Source of the DNA: Eledone cirrhosa | Taxonomy: Eukaryota | Direction: 5' to 3' | DNA length: 64,000 nt | Assembly (NCBI GenBank): GCA_964016885.1 | Contig: OZ024742.1 | Coordinates: forward strand, 148,552,001 to 148,616,000 | Shown here: piece by piece, positions 1 through 16,690 of the stretch | Position numbering within the stretch: position 1 is the stretch's first letter | Layout: every line of letters begins with the position of its first letter | Program-made: the position numbers and the translations under genes | Notes under the pieces: generated by a model | Databases searched by the model: none | What the model was told of the DNA's origin: nothing | Seen by the model: only the letters and a program-made list of their open reading frames with translations

Positions 1-115
1 AGAATTCTGCAGACATGTAGAGGGATGGGTTCCGTCAAGTTTTAAAAAATGCCCCAGGCATGCTGTATGTCAATATGGTGTCCTTACAACTCAGTGAAGA
101 GTTACAAATCGTTAT
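1..115 (+). repeat. Dispersed repeat segment, usually found 3' of a SINE
   Basis: agacatgtagagggatgggttccgtcaagttttaaaaaatgcccc aligns by eye with ~28040-28110, ~46640-46750 and ~47895-48010. Confidence 0.6.
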
Positions 116-769
116 ATACATACACTAAACAACTGCTTCATTTCGCTGAGTCTGAAGAAAATAGAAAGAATACAAACAAAGGCAGCTAATATACACCACG
201 AAACACTCGCAAAACAACATTACACTGTATATAAAAAAATATGCATTTTATAAGATTTTCATTGAAAAGAACAACATAAAGTTCTTTATATTGATTTGTT
301 GCATCGGAAGAAGACTTCAAATTTGAGACGAAGTAAATGTTGACATTCATCAAAATACAATATGAAAATAATTCAAATCTAAATGACAGCAGCTAATCAA
401 TTAATTTATTGAAAGAGAGTAGTACTGTAGGAAGTGATAAATAAGTTATAAATCAGACTTTGAATAATTTCAAACCTCCAATTAGTCCAAATAACACGTG
501 AAACAGTATATACAGTCATCAGCTCTCTCATCTCTTGTTACAGAAACTCTTTACTTGCTATGTAGACGTAGACAGATAGTGTTAAGTGCTTCGATCAAAG
601 ATCCCTGAAAGTGCAAGTGGTAGCATACTACTCACGGCTCACATGAGACCAACACTTAATCCACTTGGCTGAGTTATACTTCCCATATTGAAATTATTGG
701 CGTGATATCAAACAGAATTAAGCATCGAGAATGCTATTGCTTACATGTGTGTATGAGTGAATGTGTATG

Positions 770-804
<35 letters not shown>

Positions 805-809
<5 letters not shown>

Positions 810-999
810 AAGGAGTAGGACTCTGACGGCTGAGCTCAAGCCGTTTCGACGGCTAAATCTGGACAGATTTAGCCGTCGAAAGGGCTTGAGCTCAGCCGTC
901 GGGGTCCTACTCGTTCCTATTACCCACTCTACTACCCTAAGTATTGAGTACTTTGGTTTGTTATGGTCCACCTGGTTATTTACCACATTTCCTCCGTTA
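805..999 (+). mobile_element. Non-coding fold-back element in (TA)n with HHR 3' half (PLE pLTR-like)
   Basis: Inverted arms 805-860/865-920 plus a unique tail to 999, (TA)n on both sides; GAAA-stem III (CGGCU..AGCCG)-UC at 878-900; second copy at 45322-45510. Confidence 0.75.
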
Positions 1000-1075
1000 T
1001 ATATATATATATATATATTTATATATTTATATGCATATATGCATATATATACATATACATACATGCATATATATG

Positions 1076-1188
<113 letters not shown>

Positions 1189-2289
1189 ATATATTCATTC
1201 ATATATATGTATGTGTGTGTATATATATACACATATATGTATGTATGTATGTATGTGTTTGTGTGTATATGTGTGTACGTGTGTGTGCATGTGTGTGTAT
1301 GTATGTATGTGCGTATGTGCGTATGTGTGTATGTGTGTGTGGGGGGGGGGGCATTTATTACTACTGCATTTATCAAAACATCAGAAAATAACATCTAATA
1401 TCATCTAATGGATGATTGGAAAAGTTCCATCAGAATGTAACCCATTATACAAATGAGAAATGAGAAATTCTTGATGAGAGTTTAACTATATTAAGTATTG
1501 CAGGTCTCTATTATCGTTTTGGGACCTAGAATTAGAATAATGCAAAACTATCCTAGTCAGTCGGATATAGATTAAATGGTAAAGTAATATTCTTTAATTT
1601 GACTTGACATCTACAGTTATTCATATATATCTATTTGATATAAAGATTAGAGTCCAGGGAAATACTTTCATGACTTAGACATTTATTGGTGCTTTTCAAG
1701 TTTGACTTCTCCATTAGGTTTGTTCCATTTGCGGATTCACAAATGCCGATGTATTCATTACATGGCCGTGTTTAGTTACTTTTAGTGTTAAGTACCAATG
1801 GACAAACTACAAACAAAGCAGAATCTTTGTAGATACTGTGCAACATCCAGTTTGATGATTCACGATTATATTTTCAATTCTAGCATAATTAGTAAGTAAT
1901 ATTTTATCATATTTTAAAAAGAATGTATTTATTTGGTAGGTTGGGGCTTTGCATAAAGCCTTCGCAACCCCTTCTGTTATCGGAGAGATCGATGTCGTTA
2001 TTATGCCGCTTAAACTGTTGCCAGTCTACTCCTTTCAGAAAGACATTTGTAGGGTGGAAGTTGTTCTGGCAGGAAGGAATGAACATAGATGATGAGAGAA
2101 AGAGAGACGAATAGAATGGGAGCGTCTGAGTGTGGATGGCCCAGCACGCAAGATTTAGTTTAACTGCTTCAATTAAAATACCAATGCACTTGATATAGGA
2201 AAGCATTTGTTAGTTTAATGGGTTCATATGAAATTATCAGATCTAAAAAATTTTAATTCTCGCTATTCGATTCATACTGGCCAACCAAA

Positions 2290-3470
2290 AGCCATGATCT
2301 GCCTCTGGGGTACCGTTTGGAAAGCTACTGATCTTGTGCCACAAATAGTATTAGACAATATAGATGTCTGTTCAAGCAGGAATAAGCCTTTAATGTTTTC
2401 TTGAGCCACACGAGGTTAACAGCATAGTAAGCTTCTTTTCTGACATTAAATTGTCTATATGTAGCAGTGTACAGCATATTAAACCTTAAACTTTTTTTAA
2501 TGAATTGCATCAACTTTATAAATTTCTATTGAAACACTCATGATGATCCTTGGGTATTTGTCCTATGAATCATATATCTTTAATCTATTTCTAGTTGGGT
2601 TGCAGGTGATGGTTATGAACAGGCTGTACGTCAAAAACGCAGCATGTATATCACTGCATCTTGGGTTTTATCTTGCATATATCATGGGCTCACTGTGTAA
2701 CATTATTGTAGATGGTGTGGTTGCCTGTATCATAGTTATTGGGAATATATCAAGCCTTAACTCCTTTTGGTGAGTTATAATATAATTTAATCTTTTGATT
2801 CCATCATTTCAAACACATCAACAGTATATTTTTGAAAAGAATCATGAAAATGGTGCTCTGCATGAACAAATCATTATATAATATACATAAAACTGATCCC
2901 ATCTGAGAAACACCAATGTGGTGTCAATTTTCTCCATTAACGCGTTATAAAGTCATCTGTATCTCATTCCTTTGACGTGTATCAAATTTTCTTTCTAGTC
3001 ATGTTCTTATCCTGTAATAATCATAGCTAACTCAATATATTCTGGGACATTAAATATTTGTTGATGCCTTCCCCAAAAGGCGTTTTTCGGCTTTAATTAC
3101 CGTTATAAAGTTCATTGAAGGATTTGCTTCAAGGGCAAATTTAAACATTATGCATAGCTGTTCTTAGAATACATAATTTTTCATCGCTTTAAACTTAAAT
3201 CAACCCTTAAGCCATTATGGCTTTCACATCTTGGTTCAGGTTGATCGTTCAAATACCCAACGAAATATAACAGAAGATATTGCTTTTAGTTAGGAAGAGA
3301 AATTAGTAACTAATTCTGTGATGCACTTTTTCTGCGACAGCTACAGACCCGAATGATTTTAAGATATGCTTAAACTCGGGCATATTAGCAAAATGTTGAA
3401 AGGAGCTGGAGAATTCTGGCAACATTCCTTCTTGGGCCTTTCCATCTGAGTGGCACATTTAAGCTGATCA
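2290..3470 (-). pseudogene. Degenerate Helitron Rep fragment
   Basis: Frameshifted minus-strand peptides KVHHRIS (~3300-3330), SP*YMQDKTQDAVIY and LFITITCNP (~2590-2695), SKRYP (~2305-2322) resemble Helitron Rep motifs, in the expected order. Confidence 0.6.
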
Positions 3471-4471
3471 CTTTTCCCACTCTTTACTCCACACTTGGAG
3501 CGCATTTAGCCTGAGGAAGGAGCACCCAGAGGCTGAGTGGCTGATGCAGCGAGTATCAATGACAATGTCTATGCCATTTCTGTCGCAGGGCGCAGTTGGA
3601 ATATACTGCCTAGACTGGTGTGTAGAGTTTTCCGCTCTCTCCCCCTCCTCTTACCTTCACTTTTTAATGTTATTTCATTTTCGTATTTTTACATACAAAC
3701 ATTGAATTGTAAATTTCTTTCTTCAAATTATGAATGGATAAAATATGCAATGGCTAAACCTTAAATCAAAGACAATCCTATCAGATTCACAATCTTAAGT
3801 TGGATCATAATTAAAAACCATATTGTATTGTTTGCCAGCATAACTTATTTGTTCTATGTGAAGGCGTCATTGCAGTTGCGAACTCAGATTCTTATTTCCT
3901 AAGATACGTTTCGCACATTCTATTCTCTGCTGATAGTATCTTGGTTCTAGAGATCCTGTCCGTCAACGATTTTATTTACACATAATGTTTTAATTCAAAC
4001 CCCTATTGTATTTGTTCTGATATTGGTGGTTCGCTTCACACATATCTATTTCCTTTAAGTCTTTGTTGTCTGTGTCAGATAACCAGCTTATGGTGCACAG
4101 GAAGCAACTTGATAAAAAAGTTTTTATCAAATAATTATTTGACTGTCAGCTACGTTCTTGAGCAATCTAAAATGCACAGAGAATAATTGTCATAGATGAT
4201 TTTCAAATTGATTACACTGTACGTGGCTTAAACATCTGCATTTCATAATTACTTGAAACGTGTGATAATGAAATCTCACTTGCAAATAATTATATCTGTG
4301 CGCATAATTAGAGATTCAATAACAACACGCGAGAGCGGAGCAAGAATCAACACGTATATACACACATATATATGTATGTATATATATATGTATGTATATA
4401 TGTATATATATATATATGTATATATATGTATGTATATATATGTATATATATATATATATGTATATATCGAG

Positions 4472-4560
<89 letters not shown>

Positions 4561-4867
4561 AAATATAGATAGAAATATATTATCTCGATCCAATTATACT
4601 ATAGGCAGCTCAATGAATATTAAGGGTTAAACTCCAAATTCTCAAAGCATCATTTACACAATATTATTGAGGTATGATAATTTCATATTCAATAAAACAA
4701 ACCATAGTAAGCAAAAATACATTTCAAAACAATTTTACTTAATCCCGCCGAGGTTAGTTTTGCCTTTCATCCTTTCTTTCTACATTTCTCTTCCTTCTTC
4801 CTACTGTCACCTGATTTTGTTATCCGGAGATTTACCCATCTGCATTGTAGAGGCTTCCAAAACGACC

Positions 4868-4917
<50 letters not shown>

Positions 4918-5534
4918 TATACACACACATACACACACACATACATACATACATACATACATACATACATACATACATACATACATACACACACACACAT
5001 ACATACATACATACATACATACATACATACATACATACATACATACATACATACATACATACATACATTTCTTTTACAACCTTGCCACCAGGAAGGTGGC
5101 CGGTCAAAAAATATACTCGAAATTAAGAGAAAGAGAAAACATACATACATACGTACATACATACATACATACATACATACATACATACATACATACATAC
5201 ATACATACATACATGTATGTATGTATGTGTGTGTGTATGTATGTATGTATATTCTGTAGTACAGTAAAGCATTAAAACAAAAGAGATAACGTTCAACTAA
5301 TACATTTGCTGATATATTTGTCAAGAATATACAGAAATATCTGAGTGGCGACTTAAATGCGAAATGTTGCATGTAAATCCGAACGCAAGATTGATGTTAG
5401 CCCAAGTGTGTCCCTCTTTTTTCTGCTCTCGAAGATATTGTATATAAAGACAAGGTGTTTGCATGTATCTATATAAACACATTGTTGATATATCTATGTA
5501 CATTGATATATCTATGTACATTCCTCTTGTGACG

Positions 5535-5789
5535 CTAAACTCCGCCAGTTGCAGACTGCGCATTAACATGTGGTATCTCTCTCCACAAAGTTCGATCACC
5601 AGCAGCAGAGTTCAAAGTGCAAAGATCAAGTCCAGTCCATAAGTTGACATTGTCAAGCCATCGTTTTGGCTGCCGGCCCCTGCTTCTCTTACCAGCCAAC
5701 CTTCCTTCCAGGCATAACCTACTCACACCACGAGTTGATCTTTTTATATGGCCGTATAGTTTGAGTACTCTTGACTTGACTATATACAT
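5535..5789 (-). mobile_element. RTE-clade LINE, 3' fragment
   Basis: LKLYGHIKR...LEGRLAGKRSRGRQPKRWLDNV...AGDRTLWR is typical of the RTE ORF C-terminus. Confidence 0.85.
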
Positions 5790-6682
5790 TAGTATTTTCT
5801 AATAAAGCCTATATAGTTATCTAGTCCATAATTTTGTCAATATTTCTAGATAATTATGGTCACGTCATCCCTGGCTTATTATTTTTGCTTTTTTGTAGGC
5901 ATATGAATTTTATGAAGCTATATGCAGTTCATTTTACTTCCTCATCATTCTTCCCCAGAACAATCAAGCTAAAATTCTTGAAGTGATATTTGTTGTTTTT
6001 TCATTAACATATCTACTTGTATAAATCATATTGTGTGTGACTGAAAAAAGAAACCCACAATAAAACATTGTCCTATTATGATAGTAAAAACTATCAGACT
6101 GCATGACATTGATAATTATCAATGTGATGTAGATTATTATAATCTGTATTTAGTTACAGAGATTTTTCGTAGATATAACTATATATTAGTTAAACATACA
6201 AAACAGATTCTTCGTATTCTTTCTGCCATACTTTTGCGACAGTTAGAACAATAACAACGTTTTGGTCCGAGAATTTCCTTTTAATTTTTTTTTTTAATAC
6301 ACATACAAATATTTTCATAAACACACACTTTGAATTTTAAAATTATTCGTTATAATCACACATCACAAGTCACGTGTTCATGACATGTGTATACTGCTCA
6401 TATGGCTGGCACCATACTGGATATTGATCTTCGTGCCAAATTGTTTATAAGTATTCCTTTCGGGATTAAGTGATTACATTAGCCAAACATGTACAACACT
6501 CCCGAAGGCTCATTTACTAACAAGGTGTAATTATAACACACTACACCACACACCACAAAACAAAATGAGAGAACATTAACGGACAATACATCTGACTTGT
6601 GCAGAATTTCGGACTAAATTAGCCGTCTTCAATAACAAGTTTAAAAGGCTATTGTTCGTATATACGAACACACACACACGCG

Positions 6683-6761
<79 letters not shown>

Positions 6762-6823
6762 TTGTACATATATAGTAATAGTAATAAATGTGAAGACTAA
6801 ATTCTGAAGAGGGTTCGATAAGG

Positions 6824-6902
<79 letters not shown>

Positions 6903-7138
6903 GTTCATAAGATTCTTAAATAGAATCATGATGGAAGATTTTCTTAGGTAAATATTTACAGTTGTATAAATAACATTACAAATATGTTTTAAATACCGGG
7001 TTACTTTGAACGTCCAGGGTTTGTTTGAAAAAACCAAATAAATGTAGAAACTGGTGCCATGAGGTTTGCACTCGCTATGTACTTGGCCAAGTCTACTATT
7101 TGTGTGACGTTTGTGAATAAAATGAGTATTTTCGATTC

Positions 7139-7373
<235 letters not shown>

Positions 7374-7477
7374 TTCTACCTGGAGTTGCGACTGATAGAT
7401 AGTATTAGCAATTGGAAAGACCAACGGAAACATTGTTCCCTCGGTCCGATTTGACGAAAGTTGATCGTTCCTTTTAT

Positions 7478-7539
<62 letters not shown>

Positions 7540-7865
7540 AGAAAGACAGAGAGGGGGGTGAGTTAAATCGACACTACAGAACCAAGCGAGGAAAAAGCAT
7601 AAGGTTGACAAAAATGTAGACAAAAACACGAACTATGTTAGTACATTGAAAATATGTAAGCTAAATGAAAAAGGAAAGAAAAAATCTAAAGTTCCCAGTT
7701 ATACCCTTTATGGAATTAGGATAAAGTATAAGAAAAAATAAAACGTTTTAGAAGGATACACAGTTCGAGAGTAGATGTGGTTTAAATGGAAACATCCTGT
7801 TGATGTATATATATATTCAATGGTGGAGTGGGTCTAAAAATATATATAGAATGCTAGCATTGACT

Positions 7866-8366
7866 TTGGTAAAAGGAAAAGAAAATGCTGACAAATTGTT
7901 CCCAGTGAAAAATAGTTTAATTAGGAATAAGTAAAAATTAGTAATAGTATTGGTTAGTATTCAGTTTTGCTTTTAAGTTTTTACCGGTTGCGCATTTCTA
8001 ATGCTTTTCAAAAATAATTTTGAGATAGAGCGCCCGTGATGTTTGCTCTAATCTGATTAGTTTTGAAAATTCTACCTGTTTTATGTAAAAAAAAGTGGCT
8101 CCAGATGTATTTTTTACATAAAACAGGTAGAATTTCCAAAACTAATCAGATCAGGGCAAACATCACGGGCGCTCTATCTCAAGATTATTTTTGAAAAGCA
8201 TTAGAAATGCGCAACCGGTAAGAACTTAAAACCAAAACTGAATACTAACCAATACTATTACTAATTTTTACTTATTCCTAATTAAACTATTGTTCACTGG
8301 GAACAATCTGTCAGCATTTTCTTTTCCTTTTACCAATATATCATAACTCGTGTGTTACACATCTAT

Positions 8367-8372
<6 letters not shown>
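7866..8372 (+). mobile_element. Fold-back PLE-type element with degenerate HHR
   Basis: ~225 bp inverted arms (7866-8091/8110-8336) plus tail ending at (TA)n; UUGAAAA-GCAU..AUGC-GCAA-CCGG-UA at 8191-8220; shorter relative at 20643-20850. Confidence 0.75.
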
Positions 8373-8398
<26 letters not shown>

Positions 8399-8422
8399 TT
8401 ACTTATATACATATATACAATT

Positions 8423-8458
<36 letters not shown>

Positions 8459-8459
8459 T

Positions 8460-9930
<1,471 letters not shown>

Positions 9931-9953
9931 GTCTGTGTGTGTACATATATATT

Positions 9954-10069
<116 letters not shown>

Positions 10070-10379
10070 TAAATAAACATACAGTATATTGTCAAATATA
10101 CTATACATACATTCATATACACATCGCTATTTCAGAGAAGCTTACTAATTTCCACTCTGTATGTTAATGAGTTTAAACAGCTTGTAAACATAAGTGAAAT
10201 TCAAAAGAATTCAGCTTCTATATCTCGCAGCAGAAGCCAAGGAGTATGTAGTCTTGACAGCCACTTACAAGTGAGAAAGGGTACTACCGTCGATTATTCC
10301 CATATATATATAACTTTTTAAATGGAAGTTGTAAAGTTTAAGAAATGTCAAATTTATTTATAAAACTGTTTATATATTG

Positions 10380-10445
10380 TATTTTGTCTGAAGAGGGCAT
10401 ACCATATTTTTAATATGATATCCCTGAAATATATATAATGAAATA
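10380..10445 (+). ncRNA. Minimal type I hammerhead ribozyme
   Basis: UAUUUUGU-CUGAAGA-GGG..CCCU-GAAA-UAUAUA-UA^AUGAAAUA; homolog on the minus strand at 53526-53586. Confidence 0.7.
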
Positions 10446-10705
10446 AATATGGTTTTATAAATGTAGTTTCCATTTGTTTAATATCGTAAATATACTCCAA
10501 AACTTGTTGAGTGCTTTTATATCAGTTATAAAATATTTACTCGTTGTAACCCAACAATTTTAAATAAAACTTTTGCATATATATATATGGGAATAATCGA
10601 CTAATTTCCACATACAGAGTGGAAATTAGTATAGCTTCTCTGAAATAGTGATGTATATATGAATGTATGTATAGTATATTTGACAATATACTGTATGTTT
10701 ATTTA

Positions 10706-10741
<36 letters not shown>

Positions 10742-10787
10742 CATACATATATATATATGTACACACACAGACACACACGCACATACA

Positions 10788-10870
<83 letters not shown>

Positions 10871-10962
10871 GCATATATATCCAAATAGTTGCAAACTCGA
10901 ATCACAAGCCTAAAGATACGCACTCATACACACTCATACGCACACACACACATGTGTGTATG

Positions 10963-11030
<68 letters not shown>

Positions 11031-11442
11031 TACATACATACATACATACATACATACATACATACATACATACATACATACATACATACATACATACATA
11101 CATACATACACAGATACTAATGTTTGTATGTCTGTGGATACATGTGTGCATTTACGTACGTAAGTATTTATAAAGGTATGTATAAAATAAGCCAATAAAG
11201 ATTAATATGATAGATTAAGGATTTAATCCTTAAAGATTAAATATAAGCTGGAACAAATTTCAATAAAATTAATAACATTGTTTAGATATATAAAATAGTT
11301 CCATTAGGAAAATAGTTGGAAGAATGATTAAAAGGGAAGTAGGGGTGAAATGACTGTTGTACGGCTTAGTAAAATAAACAGATTCTAAATTACAAGGTCA
11401 AAAGAAAATGTTTGAATAATGTAGAAAATTTAATTAGTATGA

Positions 11443-11572
11443 ATATACGAATGTAATATTTAAAGGTGGTGTGCAGAAAGAAGCGCTTTAAAATCCAAAC
11501 AAAAGCATATTACTGGCTGGTAATCGTTCTCTAACGGTGAAATGATAGCAGATTCACGATCAAAACCATATA
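11443..11572. repeat. Dispersed repeat, second copy at 15810-15935
   Basis: aaagaagcgctttaaaatc...atcgttctctaac.gtgaaatgat...gatcaaaaccata is shared by both copies. Confidence 0.7.
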
Positions 11573-12438
11573 TAAATAGCTTCTACAGGACTAGAACGCA
11601 CTCACCTGCTTTTGGTTCTTATCCTTTAACTTTTGACAATTTTCTGAATTTTATAGAAAAAAATGTTACTTAACTCCCTCTGGTGTGTATGTATTTATTT
11701 ATTTATTCATTCATTTATATATACACGCACTGTGTCTCGTTTTGAAAAGATTTTTTAAGATCTTTTAATTTTTTTAAAGAAAAATTTTTTGAAAGTTTCT
11801 TTTGAAAAGTATTTTTTGAAGTGTTTTGGAAGAGTTTTCTTAACTTTCTTAACTTCTTTCATTTTTAAATTTTTGGATTCTGGGAATCCTTTGGATTTTA
11901 GTTCTTAACTTTTGACAATTTTCTGAATTTTGGAGAGAAAAGAATTTTTCTTAGTTCCCCTCCACAAGAGTAGCTTTGGCAGACAGGCTGAAAAAGACAC
12001 ACAGAAACACACACAACAACCCCACACATACACACGTGTTTATGCATGCATATACGCACACACTCACATGTGTGTACTGTTGTATATACACCCTTACACT
12101 CTCTCTCTATACATATGTGTATATGTGTATCTGTGTGTGTGTGTATGTACACCGTGTGTATGTACTACCACAGAATTCAGCTCTTACAATCCCATGTCCC
12201 CTTTTGAACTATTGACCAATACATTCACAGTACAATACATTCACAATACAAACAATACATTCACAGTATATTTTTCAAAATATTTTGCAAAAAAAACAAC
12301 AACTGTTCTCACTCCACCGAACCTTTCAACAAGCAGGATGGAAGAAAAATTATTCAAATATTCGATTTTGATTTTGATTTTAATTTTAAACCTTTTTTTT
12401 TTTTTACTACTATCAACTCTAATTTAATTTTTTACGCT

Positions 12439-12481
12439 ACATTTGACAAGATAGATTTTAATACATCGAAACCGGGAATAT
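12439..12481 (+). ncRNA. Degenerate HHR with U3:A8 core
   Basis: UUGACAA-GAU..AUC-GAAA-CCGG-GA; homolog at 30320-30356 has CCGG-UA but AAAA, so the two-copy consensus is a complete core. Confidence 0.5.
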
Positions 12482-12585
12482 TTCTTCATATACTTTATAC
12501 ACTACATAAACATTTTTTAAAAAAGTATTGTCCCTCTCTTTTCTTAATAACATTATCTTTTTAATAACATTGTCTTTTCAATAAT

Positions 12586-12690
12586 TGTTTCTACTTTAGG
12601 CACAAGGCCAGCAATTACCCAGTTCATTACTGGTACTTTATTTTATCGACCCCGTAAGGATGAAAGGCAAAGTCAACCTCGGCGGGATTT
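12586..12690 (-). mobile_element. 5'-truncated SINE with 16-bp target-site duplication
   Basis: Matches the 3' part of the SINE at 59736-59922; ttgtcttttcaataat at 12570-12585 and 12689-12704. Confidence 0.85.
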
Positions 12691-12777
12691 GTCTTTTCAA
12701 TAATGTCACTTTGACGAATCAAAAATGAAAAACAGACCCTTAACTATATCTCCCGTCCTATTTCCAACTTCATCTTT

Positions 12778-12835
<58 letters not shown>

Positions 12836-12837
12836 TC

Positions 12838-12909
<72 letters not shown>

Positions 12910-13008
12910 AGAATTAAAATACTAGAGTGTGTTGGAGTTAAACACCCTCTTCATATTATAGAAATGACAGTATAAGATATAGCTCAATGTAATTAAACAG
13001 AGCCGAAG

Positions 13009-13041
<33 letters not shown>

Positions 13042-13048
<7 letters not shown>

Positions 13049-13174
13049 AAGTTTGTCCTCATCAGTGGCCATCCAACCCTCGTAGGCATTTCGTCGCAAC
13101 GACGGTTGGATGGCCACTGATGAGGACAAACTTTTTCATATGTAACCCATTTGCAGCGCCGCAGCTCCATTATT

Positions 13175-13178
<4 letters not shown>
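13042..13178 (+). mobile_element. Fold-back element in (TA)n carrying the 3' part of the permuted-HHR motif (family B)
   Basis: Inverted arms 13042-13083/13099-13140 plus tail tgtaacccatttgc shared with 21580-21612; GAA-AUGCC-UACGAG-GGUUGG-AUGGCCA-CUGAUGA on the minus arm. Confidence 0.75.
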
Positions 13179-13265
<87 letters not shown>

Positions 13266-13304
13266 GTGTGTGTGTGTGTGTGCGCGTGTATGTATGTGTG
13301 TGTA

Positions 13305-13615
13305 AGTATTCATACGTGCACACACATATGTATGCACACACATATATGTACATATACATATGTACGTATGGGTTATATCGAATATCAATAATAATATTTG
13401 ATGCGTTTGTAAATAAACCGCCCAATTAACCATGTTTCTATGTCATTACCTTTCATCAGGACTGTATACCTCTGCCAATATGTTCAACGGTTGAAAATAT
13501 ATAGTATTTTCTTAAGTACACAACGGCTGAGTAGCCTCATTTGCATACCGAGTGAGTTACTACTGACCATGCTGTAAACTAAAAATAAATTTAAAATTTT
13601 ATTTCTCGCCCTAGC
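13305..13615 (+). mobile_element. Diverged relative of family A
   Basis: Shares acggctgagtagcctcatttgcataccgagtgagtt and gtatacct..gcca..gttcaacg with 9095-9240. Confidence 0.55.
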
Positions 13616-13658
13616 ACAGCTGATACATGCATACGTAGACAAATATATATACACACAC

Positions 13659-13746
<88 letters not shown>

Positions 13747-13818
13747 CTGTGTAGTATATATATGTATATATATATATATATAGTTGAAAATTCCAAACTT
13801 GACTGTCACCACATATTA

Positions 13819-13857
13819 TGAACCTGAAGATTGCAAAAGCAGGAAAGTACTTGTTCA
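13819..13857 (+). ncRNA. Minimal type I hammerhead ribozyme in a ~190 bp TA-flanked element
   Basis: UGAAC-CUGAAGA-UUGC aaaa GCAG-GAAA-GUAC-UU^GUUCA; element ~13785-13975 is repeated at ~53768-53955. Confidence 0.85.
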
Positions 13858-14007
13858 ATTAACACTTAGAATTTTATATTCTATCATACTATTTCATTAT
13901 AATACCGTTATAAATTTTAAAGGATTGTAAATAAAACGAGTAAATCAGACAAAGTTGGAATTCCTCTTATTAATATATATATGTTGTATATATGTATATA
14001 TATAAAC

Positions 14008-14081
<74 letters not shown>

Positions 14082-14312
14082 TACTACACACACACACACA
14101 AAATTTCTATAGAATTTTGACTGAGGAATGTTCTCACAACTGACCAATGGGAGGAGAGAGTGTCCTTTGACGCCGAAATTCGTTTGTTCCAATTCATATG
14201 ATTCCAGTTCCTCAGAGAAATAACAACACAGCCAGGAACTGGGCATATCGGAGTATTGACAGAGTTAAACACCTCGACAGCGTGTGTGCCCGTCTCTACC
14301 ACACCAGTTCGG

Positions 14313-14367
14313 ACTGTCTGAGGAGGTCACAGACAGGGATAACTGCCACCGAAATATATATAGCAGT
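14313..14367 (+). ncRNA. Minimal type I hammerhead ribozyme
   Basis: ACUGU-CUGAGGA-GGU..ACC-GAAA-UAUAUA-UA^GCAGU, followed by AATAAA and (TA)n. Confidence 0.8.
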
Positions 14368-14419
14368 ACACCTTTTTTAATAAACAAACCCAAATTTTAA
14401 ATATTTGACTTATATATTT

Positions 14420-14460
<41 letters not shown>

Positions 14461-14463
<3 letters not shown>

Positions 14464-15508
14464 GGAAAAAATGAAACGAAATTTCATTTCTCACTCTTAG
14501 TACGGCTGTTACTTAAATATAAGTATGTCTACGTACATACATATATGTATACATACGTACTGTAGTATGTATATATATATATATACATGCAGAAATATAT
14601 ATATGTACGTATGGATTTACCGAAGATTTATTAGAATGCTCGGTGTGTTTGTAAACAAATATCCCGAATTAAGCCGTACAGTGTTTAGCAACCATCGTTG
14701 CCCTTTTGTTCAACACTAACAAAGGAATGATGTACTAGTTTCAAGCTTATTAGCTATCGTCAGCACCGTTTACCTCCCTGCCAGATGATTGAACGTCTGA
14801 AAGTATATACTTTCCTTATGCATATTAATGGCTGAGCAGCCTAATTTGCATATCGAGTGAGTTAATCGGCCGGGTGCACCGAAAACGATAAACGGAAAAA
14901 ATGAAACGAAATTTCATTTCTCATTGAACTAAAGGGCAACGATGGTTGCTAAACACTGTACGGCTTAATTCGGGAGTTTTTTTTACAAATACACCGAGCA
15001 TTATAATAAATGTTCGGTAAATCCATACGTACATATATATATATGTGTGCATGTATGTATATATATATACATACTACAGTACGACTGTATACATATATGT
15101 ATATACATACTTATATTTAAATAACAGCCGTACTAAGAGTGAGAAATGAAATTTCGTTTCATTTTTTCCGTTTATCGTTTTCGGTGCGCCCGGCCGATTA
15201 ACTCACTTGATATGCAAATTAGGCTGCTCAGCCGTTAATATGCACAAGGAAAGTATATACTTTCAGACGTTCAATCATCTGGCAGGAAGGTATACGGTGC
15301 TGACGATAGCTAATCACAAAAGGGCAACGATGGTTGCTAAACACTGTACGGCTTAATTCGGGATGTTTGTTTACAAACACACCGAGCATTATAATAATGT
15401 TCGGTAAATGCATACGTACATATATATATATGTGTGTGCATGTATGTATATATATATACATACTACAGTACGTCTGTATACATATATGTATGTACGTATA
15501 CATACTTA
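14461..15508. mobile_element. Family A cluster (inverted monomer plus tandem), HHR at 14728-14768 (-)
   Basis: Starts with the same aacggaaaaaatgaaacgaaatttc terminus as 8581; switches orientation at ~14925. Confidence 0.85.
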
Positions 15509-15546
15509 TATATATATACATATATATATATACATGTATATATATA

Positions 15547-15805
<259 letters not shown>

Positions 15806-15929
15806 TATATACGAATGCAAGATTTAAGGGAAATGTGCATAAAGAAGCGCTTTAAAATCTAAAGAAAAACATTGTACTGGCGGGTTATCGTTCTCTAACT
15901 GTGAAATGATACCACATTCATGATCAAAA

Positions 15930-15970
<41 letters not shown>

Positions 15971-16613
15971 CAAAGGGATATTTAATTTGTTGGTAATTCA
16001 ACAAATATTTCAAATAATTTAGATGAATATGAAAATGAGGTTGAGGCGTAGGGCTGAAAAAAAACGTTATTTTTAGACGCTAGGTAGATTTAAATAATTA
16101 TTATGATATATATATATGTATGTATAGGAAGGCGAAAGAGAAAGAAAGAAAATATTGTATTTATATTACTATAATATACGGGAATTTAAAAAGATTAAAT
16201 CGTTAAGAATTAACAGTTTGTTGGTGTGGTGGAATATGACAACAGAATTTTAAAAAATATTTAGCTAAATTATGAGTTATAATATTATATATATAATCAA
16301 TTAGATTATATGAAGAATTATGGTTGTAAGTACATTTTATCTTATATTGCAACAGGTTGTAAGTATATAAATATCTATATAGATTAATAAGTATATAAAT
16401 ATGAATATTATTGGTGATTATATAGATATAAAACACACGTATTAATTTGTTTACATTTGTTATATGAGTTACGAAGGATGTTGATTTTACATTTTACATA
16501 TATATTTAAGAAAAAGACGTAGTTCAAATTTTAAGAAAAGAACAATTTGTAGGTTCAAATATTTTCATCCAACATTGAAAATATTTACAGAACATTATTA
16601 ATTTAGCGAAATT

Positions 16614-16690
16614 CATCCTTATGGGGTCGATAAAATAAAGTACCAGTAATAGACTGGGTATTTGCTGGCCTTGTGCCAAAAGTAGAAACC
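16614..16690 (+). mobile_element. 5'-truncated SINE with 20-bp target-site duplication
   Basis: attattaatttagcgaaatt at 16594-16613 and 16691-16710. Confidence 0.85.

Noticed and set aside
6804-6830. CUGAAGAG as a hammerhead core
   Set aside because: No GAAA-stem III-UH follows, and the homolog at ~39310 lacks the motif
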